Below, one piece after another: positions 28,889 to 32,000 of a stretch of 32,000 bases of DNA. A program made the translations under genes and the position numbers. The stretch lies in contig LT962688.1 of NCBI GenBank assembly GCA_900234795.1, forward strand, positions 30,001 to 62,000. Direction: 5' to 3'. The notes under the pieces are model-generated. The model did no database searches and was not told the DNA's origin. It saw only the letters and a program-made list of their open reading frames with translations. Within the stretch, counting starts at the first letter, position 1, and every line of letters starts with the position of its first letter. The stretch comes from Methylorubrum extorquens. Its GTDB lineage: Bacteria > Pseudomonadota > Alphaproteobacteria > Rhizobiales > Beijerinckiaceae.

Positions 28889-29299
28889 ATGGCGCGGGCG
28901 GTCAAAAAACCCACCGCACTGACGGTCTCATGTGCGAAGGAGCCGGGCAAGTACGGCGACGGTGATGGTCTCTACCTTGTCGTTGATCCAGGCGGCTCAC
29001 GCCGATGGCTCATGATCTTCCGGCAGCACAATCGTCAACGTGAAATGGGGCTCGGCAGCGCGGCCGTGGTTAAGCTCGCCGATGCCAGTCGTCTCCGGGA
29101 CGATGCCCGCAAGCTCATCGCGGAAGGCCGTGATCCGATCGCGAAGAGGAAGAAGCCGGACTCAACTACGGCCAAGGCCGTGCCGTTCGGAGGTTACGAA
29201 CTGTGCTCCAACCCGCGAAGCTGCATCATCTCATGCCCGGAAATGCGAGCATCTATAATTTACCCTTTTCAGCAGCCGATTACTAAACTGCAATCCTAA
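28889..29299 (+). pseudogene. Truncated P4-type tyrosine integrase (only the N-terminal Arm/DUF4102-like domain is retained)
   Basis: ATG at 28889. MARAVKKPTALTVSCAKEPGKYGDGDGLYLVVDPGGSRRWLMIFRQHNRQREMGLGSAAVVKLADASRLRDDARKLIAEGRDPIAKRK matches the N-terminal roughly 100 aa of tRNA-associated integrases. Similarity is lost after about 29200, the ORF ends at 29299 in AT-rich DNA, and no catalytic domain follows. Confidence 0.7.
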
Positions 29300-29587
29300 G
29301 AATTTGAGAAGTAACCCTAGACATCCTCCTTAGCGTACTAAATCGCATCCAGCAAATTCCAGCAGTCATCAGGGACGATCAACCGGAACGTTTCATGCGC
29401 ATGGCTGAGCGCAGTACGTTGTGGCGTGACGGTGAAATACGACACTCCGCCACAGCCGAATGACGGTGGGAAAGAGTAGCGCCTCTAAGCGGTCTTGCTC
29501 AATAGGCAATGTTTCACACAAACTTTCGACCTTGCGCCCAAAACAACATTGGGTAGACATAGGGGTCTCTAAAGCACAGAAATTATT

Positions 29588-30775
29588 TTAATCGTTAAAA
29601 AGGAATTCCGAAAATGATTCATGTAGTCGCGGCTCTGTAAGATTCTGATCGAAGAGAGAACGGCCGTTGCGGGCGATCTCCTTGTAATTTTCGTGCTGTC
29701 CAACTGCAAACTGAATTAGGTCGTGAAGTGCTTCACTTTCTTGGCGGAAGCAGAAGAAAGCTGCGGCTCCAGCACGCAAAAACCGTCCCGGCGATGAGTC
29801 GGCACGCCCGTGAAAAATGACCGGACGGCCCGTCGCAAGACATGTAGTTAGTTTCGACGGGAAGCAGAGGTTGGCCTCATTTCTGAATTCTTCAGAAAAC
29901 CAGTAAGGAACATAGAGAAGATCGAGTTGTGAAAGTGCTGGGATCAATTGGTCCTGCGGCAGCCTAGGATGCTTGACAATCACTTCTTCTCCTCCGCCAA
30001 CCGGCGGAATTCCATCCGCGAATGCGTGAAGTTCAACGGTTGACCACCACGAATTCCAACGGAGCTTCGCCATCGCACGTACGAGGGTGCTGAATTCATC
30101 AAAGGCGTATGGCTGGCCCGCGAAGCCTATACGTATGCTTCGCGGCTGAGGGGACTCGGCCGGCGGAAGCGCCAGTGCAGGATCGAGTGCCGGGACAACC
30201 GGCACGGCTCGCACGCCGAACTCCCGCCTATATGCATCACCCATTGCCCACGAGGCGGCGGCGCAGCTCCGCGCAGCTCGCAGGACGCATTCGAACTGCT
30301 CTATTACGCAGGCAGAGCTTTCGGGATCAACATTATGAGCTCGCAGCCACCATCCGGGCGGGTCCATCACCTGGACGCGAAGCAGAAAATCGGAACTCGC
30401 GAGAAGCTGATGGGCAACCCGGATCAAGGTTTGACCTTCGAGGACGATCCAGATCTCCTCGGCGTTCACGTCGCGCGCGAAGGCCATTAGCTCCGAGGTT
30501 AGAGACGGAATGATCTTATCAACGACAACCTGCTCTTTACGTCGTACCTCGTCGTCAGGCGGGTAATACATCTCGTTTGGCTTCGCGACGATTTTGATCG
30601 GTACGCGCTCTTCGTAGTGGGACGGCACGTGGGGCTTAAGGCTCGGATTCTGGATCGCAAAGATGCCGGCCGGGTAGCCAGATGCAGAAAGGATGCGGTC
30701 CAAGAAAAGGCCGCCGCTATAATTCGTGCATGGTGGAACTCCAGCGACAAGAAGTACTCGATCAAGATGCGCCAT
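29588..30775 (-). CDS. Hypothetical protein, GT-B fold glycosyltransferase-like (GT4/GT1-like C-terminal half)
   Basis: 395 aa in the low-GC region. The segment FPSKLTTCLATGRPVIFHG resembles the (F/S)P-x-K-L-x-E-Y-(L/M)-A-x-G-x-P-V-I nucleotide-sugar-binding segment of GT4 enzymes. Its start overlaps the upstream ORF by 14 nt. The assignment is tentative. Confidence 0.55.
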   Translation of the reverse strand: MAHLDRVLLVAGVPPCTNYSGGLFLDRILSASGYPAGIFAIQNPSLKPHVPSHYEERVPIKIVAKPNEMYYPPDDEVRRKEQVVVDKIIPSLTSELMAFARDVNAEEIWIVLEGQTLIRVAHQLLASSDFLLRVQVMDPPGWWLRAHNVDPESSACVIEQFECVLRAARSCAAASWAMGDAYRREFGVRAVPVVPALDPALALPPAESPQPRSIRIGFAGQPYAFDEFSTLVRAMAKLRWNSWWSTVELHAFADGIPPVGGGEEVIVKHPRLPQDQLIPALSQLDLLYVPYWFSEEFRNEANLCFPSKLTTCLATGRPVIFHGRADSSPGRFLRAGAAAFFCFRQESEALHDLIQFAVGQHENYKEIARNGRSLFDQNLTEPRLHESFSEFLFND

Positions 30776-32000
30776 TAGTGCCCAACCAGTTGAGGTAGTG
30801 GGAAGGATCGAGAGATGTCACACTCTGTTCGATGGCCGAATGAGCAGTCTCGTTACGTACAGGAGGCTGGTTAAGAGCCTTGAGAGCTTTGATAACGTCT
30901 TCGGCGGTCGGTTTTACAAGGCTAGTGGTGTGAGGGTGCCGGACGAGATCAGAAATGCCCGAACTCCACCCCGTCGTCAGGATGGGTAGTGCCGTGCGCG
31001 TCGCTTCCCGCGCGAGGAGAGCGAGCGAAACTGGATCGGCTGAGGGAAGCCACAGAAGTTGCGCGCGAGTCGCGCCGACATACTCCATGAGTGTTCCCTT
31101 GGACGATTGTTCGGCAAGATGGAGGGAGCGCCGCCGGAGGCAGCTCGGCGAGAGGCGAGGCATCCGGCCAAGTGCTGTGACACTGAAAGGAAGATCGTTC
31201 TCGTCTATGAAGCGGCAAACATCGTCCACCAAGTGGAGCTGCTCGCTGTCCAAAACGCTCGCGAAAATCAAAACGCGACACCGCCCGTCTATGTCGTTCC
31301 GGAATGAGCGAGCAGCAACATGACGCGGACCTGGCAGCCCAGGTAGAGACACTGTCTCGAAGTGCAAAGACGGATAGTCCCCGCAAAGCTTTTCGGAAAA
31401 TTCCCGCGTGGGCACAAGAACTCGCTCAGCACGCTGAAGCGGCTCCGCTAGTCTGCGGCCTTTGCGGCCCAATCGCGTTACACCTTCACTGCCCAGCAAT
31501 GTAATGTCGAACGGGAGTAAAAGGGCATCTAAGAATGAGTCCAGGATGCGCGATTGCCAGGACAATCCGATTACGTCGACACGTGTGACACCCCACTTGC
31601 GCAGCAGTGGACCAAGCCCGGCCGGACCAATGTTAAGCATCCGACGCGGACCCGTATTCACAGCGGTTCCTTGAACGACGAACGAAGGATGTTGGTCCTG
31701 CACGCCGTAAATCGTCAGGATGTTGACGAACCGGCACAACTGCTCGGTAAGCAGCTTGGCATAGAGATCAGCTTCTCGGCTATCATCAAGAACAAGAGCA
31801 AGGCACGGCTGTCCCGGTGGAAGTATCGGTGTGTCCAACGGAGAAAAATGCGAGGATGACTCGGGCGTTGATGATGGCAGTGAAGGAGGAACTACTTCAG
31901 CCCCAGCTGCTGGTCGAGGTGTAACGATGATATCGCCGCAAAGCGCGATCTGCCGAAGTCGGCCCCAACCCTCCCCAATCAGCTCGCGCTTTAGGGCAGC
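30762..32000 (-). CDS. Hypothetical protein (possibly another glycosyltransferase-like domain); the frame is open to the window edge
   Basis: The track lists 30762..31838 from a TTG with no Shine-Dalgarno sequence. I translated 31839-32000 in the same frame and found no stop (AALKRELIGEGWGRLRQIALCGDIIVTPRPAAGAEVVPPSLPSSTPESSSHFSP-LDTPIL...). The true start is therefore probably beyond 32000. Confidence 0.5.
   Translation of the reverse strand, partial: AALKRELIGEGWGRLRQIALCGDIIVTPRPAAGAEVVPPSLPSSTPESSSHFSPLDTPILPPGQPCLALVLDDSREADLYAKLLTEQLCRFVNILTIYGVQDQHPSFVVQGTAVNTGPRRMLNIGPAGLGPLLRKWGVTRVDVIGLSWQSRILDSFLDALLLPFDITLLGSEGVTRLGRKGRRLAEPLQRAERVLVPTREFSEKLCGDYPSLHFETVSLPGLPGPRHVAARSFRNDIDGRCRVLIFASVLDSEQLHLVDDVCRFIDENDLPFSVTALGRMPRLSPSCLRRRSLHLAEQSSKGTLMEYVGATRAQLLWLPSADPVSLALLAREATRTALPILTTGWSSGISDLVRHPHTTSLVKPTAEDVIKALKALNQPPVRNETAHSAIEQSVTSLDPSHYLNWLGTNGAS

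Larger units (their letters stand above)
28743..32000. mobile_element. Left end of a putative tRNA-Ser-associated genomic island (integrase remnant plus low-GC cargo); it continues beyond the window
   Basis: The order is tRNA 3' end, then integrase fragment, then a GC drop from about 70-77% to about 32-55% (hand counts on 60-nt samples at 9001, 29581, 30001 and 31201). Codon usage changes in the two cargo ORFs. Confidence 0.5.

Noticed and set aside
29445-29453. CTCCGCCAC, a 9-nt copy of the tRNA-Ser 3' end (28735-28743), considered as a possible att direct repeat
   Set aside because: A 9-nt GC-rich match is within chance expectation, and it lies only 0.7 kb from the tRNA. A real attR should be longer and located at the far end of the island, outside the window.

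Overview
This is a roughly 70% GC alphaproteobacterial chromosome segment. Its gene content and order match, from memory, the Methylobacterium/Methylorubrum extorquens ethylmalonyl-CoA (EMC) pathway neighbourhood. The EMC genes meaB, ecm (meaA), katA-ccr and pccB are interspersed with housekeeping genes: leuD, trpS, ilvC, rarA, an RluC/D-type pseudouridine synthase, an M32 carboxypeptidase, an Hsp70-like protein, an ATP12 chaperone, tRNA-Val(CAC) and tRNA-Ser(CGA). They are also interspersed with small regulators (ArsR, TetR) that have plausible operators. Most long ORFs in the six-frame track are GC-driven shadow ORFs antisense to or overlapping the real genes.

Three things stand out:
1. Four single-base insertions, each inside a short C-run on the coding strand, break ecm (twice), pccB and a TerB-like gene. 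About 25 other genes are intact. This is either homopolymer sequencing error or real inactivation of the EMC pathway.
2. Directly 3' of tRNA-Ser(CGA) lies the N-terminal remnant of a P4-type tyrosine integrase. After it GC falls from about 70% to about 50-55%, and two overlapping, unassignable glycosyltransferase-like ORFs run off the window edge. This looks like the left end of a genomic island whose cargo is mostly outside the window.
3. There are candidate regulatory elements: a palindrome where I recall the CcrR site being reported in the ecm-katA spacer, a canonical intrinsic terminator between katA and ccr, a perfect 9-1-9 palindrome in front of the TetR gene, and an AT-rich 12-mer shared by the ccr and pccB upstream regions.

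I found no CRISPR array, rRNA or intact mobile element. I cannot point to a clear novel multi-gene system inside the window. The island at the 3' end is the best lead.
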